From: Flavobacteriaceae bacterium
Lineage (GTDB): Bacteria; Bacteroidota; Bacteroidia; Flavobacteriales; Flavobacteriaceae
DNA: 50,324 nucleotides
Direction of reading: 5' to 3'
NCBI GenBank assembly: GCA_947377425.1
Contig: CANCFZ010000001.1
Span: 1 to 50,324 of the forward strand
In this document: one piece after another, positions 48,267 to 50,324 of the stretch
How the letters are laid out: each line of letters starts with the position of its first letter
Position numbering within the stretch: the stretch's first letter is position 1
Made by a program: the position numbers and the translations under genes
The notes under the pieces: model-generated
What the model saw: the letters and a program-made list of their open reading frames with translations, nothing else
The model's database searches: none
Told to the model about the DNA's origin: nothing

Positions 48267-48320
48267 GCACGGAATGCAATTCCGCGCTATCCGTAGAGGG
48301 ACATATCCGCGCCATCTGGG
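48267..48320. repeat. GC-rich REP-like palindrome plus partial second copy
   Basis: GCACGGAATGCAATTCCGCGC hairpin followed by TATC; partial repeat ATCCGCGCCATC at about 48305. Confidence 0.5.
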
Positions 48321-48415
48321 TTTAAATTATGTAATTCACTTGATTTATAATGTTTTAATATTGCTTTTATAATACACCAACACATTTGATACATTACCTA
48401 CATTACTCTTAATCT

Positions 48416-48982
48416 TTAATCACAATTAATATTTGGATAATCGTTTTCTTTAATTATAAAATTGCTTTTTCTTTTTACAAATTTTTTGTAATTATTTTTA
48501 CATACAAAATAAAATACTGACATTTCTTTTTCATTTGTATAAATTAATGGGGTTTTATTGTTTGTCAAATTATCCCCTCTTTGATCTTTAATTGAAGTAG
48601 AATCGAATAATCTATATTTTGTCATACTTTTAATCATTTCTTTTGAAATAGGATTTTCATAATCATCCCAAAGGTACAATCTATGTTTTATCTCTAATGA
48701 ATTTGTAGGAAAAGATTTGGTCTTTGCACCTATAGAATCTTCGATTTTTGGGAAATAAAGTTGCGCCTTAGAAATGAGATAGCAATCTATATTTTCTGTT
48801 TTTTTCAATAACTTTATCTTATATGCGCATCCTTTTTCATTTTTTTCAAAATTAGAAAAATCATAAATAATATTAATTATTGAATTCGACTTATAATCTT
48901 CTTTCTGTATATTTTTAGTTCCTTTGCAAGAACTTATTAAAATTATCATTAATGATAATAAAATTAATTTGTAATATTTCAT
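48416..48982 (-). CDS. Hypothetical lipoprotein, probable RHS immunity protein
   Basis: Lipobox ISSC; starts 2 bp after the RHS stop; very AT-rich. Confidence 0.7.
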   Translation of the reverse strand: MKYYKLILLSLMIILISSCKGTKNIQKEDYKSNSIINIIYDFSNFEKNEKGCAYKIKLLKKTENIDCYLISKAQLYFPKIEDSIGAKTKSFPTNSLEIKHRLYLWDDYENPISKEMIKSMTKYRLFDSTSIKDQRGDNLTNNKTPLIYTNEKEMSVFYFVCKNNYKKFVKRKSNFIIKENDYPNINCD

Positions 48983-48984
48983 AA

Positions 48985-50324
48985 TTAATAAGGTTTTCGT
49001 CCATTTTTATTGTATATATAATGAGGTAATGAAAATCCAGCTCCTCCTTTTTGATTTCTAATTTCTTGACCGTTTAAGTCAGGGATGGAAGCTGCATCAA
49101 TACCAGCATCAGAAACTATTGGTGAATCTGGATGACTATGAAAATGTGCCATCACAATATAAAGTGTTCCAGGTATTATTGTTGATAAAGAATATGGTTG
49201 ACTAAAATTTTCATAGAGGCTATTCATCAAGTAAGGTTCAGTATATAAAACTTTTTGCTGTGTATTCATTTTAATTGTTTCAAAACCAGATATTTCACTG
49301 TTTGCAATTTTTTCGCTAAATTGAACTATAAATTTAACAACATCATTTTCAGTCGGTTGATCTTTTCCGCCATATTCTATAGATGTATTTGAGTTACGCA
49401 TATTCATACCTTCTTTAATAATACCTTTATGTATATTGTCAATTGCTACTCTAGTATTACCATCACCATCTTTTTTTAAATTTCCTTTCCTATCTGTTTC
49501 TAAAATTCTGTCCGTTTCATTTTTTTCAGAACCATCATTAGGGTCTGCTCTAACTATTTTCCCTTTATCATCTCCAGTAGTCAAAACTTTATAATCTGTT
49601 AAAACGCCCTCTCCATTAATATCAACAAAAAACACAGGATTATTAACAGCTAAAGCATATGTAGTTTGATTGTAATATTGTTCTGCCTTTGGGTCAATTG
49701 ATGTAAGCCTACCCAAATCTGGCATATATCCTCGTGCTCCTAAATCATAAACATTAAGTCCCAACTCATCTTGAAACTCTTTACCATTGTACTTATAATT
49801 ATACCCAGTCTTTATATTATTAGGCGGCAATTTAATCTTCAACATCTCATCTTCCTTACATAAAATCATCATATCATTATTGTAATTGGTATGCTTCAAT
49901 CCAAATGGGTAGTAATGATTTTCTTCAATAATTCTAAGAACGCCGTTGCTTGGGTCTTTGCCGTAGCTTAATCGTATGTTTCCTAAATGGTCAACGTAGT
50001 TGTAAATATAACTGTATTGGTTGTTAGTAGTCTCTGCTTCGTGCTCAAAGAAACCGCCTTCATATTTAGTATGCGAGATATTGGCGTAACCCTCGGCGGT
50101 TGCAAAAAACTGCAATTCATTGGCTTTGTATTGAAAACCATCTAAATAATGAGTTGGTGTTTCTTCGTCTCCCACAACTACTGTTTTCTTAACTTTCTTG
50201 CCTGTGGCATCGTAAAGATATAAAATTTTATTACCTCCATCAAAATAAATTGTTGTTGGCAGGTTTAAATGATTGTAATCTATTTTGTTAATGCCTTTGT
50301 TTTGGTCGGCTATCATGTTGCCAT
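48985..50324 (-). CDS. RHS repeat-associated core protein with JAB/MPN-like C-terminal toxin domain (5' truncated by window)
   Basis: Frame stays open to the window edge (GNMIADQNKGI); DHLGNIRLSY, YYPFGLKH, YKYNGKEFQDELGLNVYDLGAR, NNPVFFVDINGE; C-terminal AHFHSHP. Confidence 0.9.
   Translation of the reverse strand, partial: GNMIADQNKGINKIDYNHLNLPTTIYFDGGNKILYLYDATGKKVKKTVVVGDEETPTHYLDGFQYKANELQFFATAEGYANISHTKYEGGFFEHEAETTNNQYSYIYNYVDHLGNIRLSYGKDPSNGVLRIIEENHYYPFGLKHTNYNNDMMILCKEDEMLKIKLPPNNIKTGYNYKYNGKEFQDELGLNVYDLGARGYMPDLGRLTSIDPKAEQYYNQTTYALAVNNPVFFVDINGEGVLTDYKVLTTGDDKGKIVRADPNDGSEKNETDRILETDRKGNLKKDGDGNTRVAIDNIHKGIIKEGMNMRNSNTSIEYGGKDQPTENDVVKFIVQFSEKIANSEISGFETIKMNTQQKVLYTEPYLMNSLYENFSQPYSLSTIIPGTLYIVMAHFHSHPDSPIVSDAGIDAASIPDLNGQEIRNQKGGAGFSLPHYIYNKNGRKPY

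Noticed and set aside
50309-50324. ATG at 50316 as RHS start (orphan module)
   Set aside because: The frame is open to the window edge and reads GNM, an internal RHS repeat motif; the gene probably begins outside the window.

Overview
AT-rich Bacteroidota (Flavobacterium-like) chromosomal window. Left 11 kb: core genes on the minus strand (maeB, ruvA, sprA, gcvH, partial VanZ-like gene). About 11-47.5 kb: a 36-kb carbohydrate island with a disaccharide catabolism operon (sucrose/maltose-type MFS, GH100-like, PfkB, FucP-type MFS, GH37 trehalase with a fungal Nth1-like Ca-binding motif); a SusC/SusD pair followed not by glycosidases but by two ~1100-aa VCBS/FG-GAP + ASPIC/UnbV lipoproteins, a vanadium-haloperoxidase/PAP2 lipoprotein and a GyrI-like protein; a GH65; two GH13 paralogs flanking a DUF418 gene; a cassette with a second, tandem-domain haloperoxidase/PAP2 beside a DoxX/RclC-like gene; GH3, GH30 and a LacI regulator. 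Three LacI-type palindromes (CGAAAACGTTTTCG) each lie 62-63 bp upstream of a TAnnTTTG promoter element. Right end: REP-like repeats, a probable queG 3' remnant (possible island boundary), a Flavo-1-like RNA, duplicated promoter/terminator units without ORFs, and an RHS toxin with a JAB-like C-terminus plus a candidate immunity lipoprotein. All calls come from motif recognition by eye; no searches were run.
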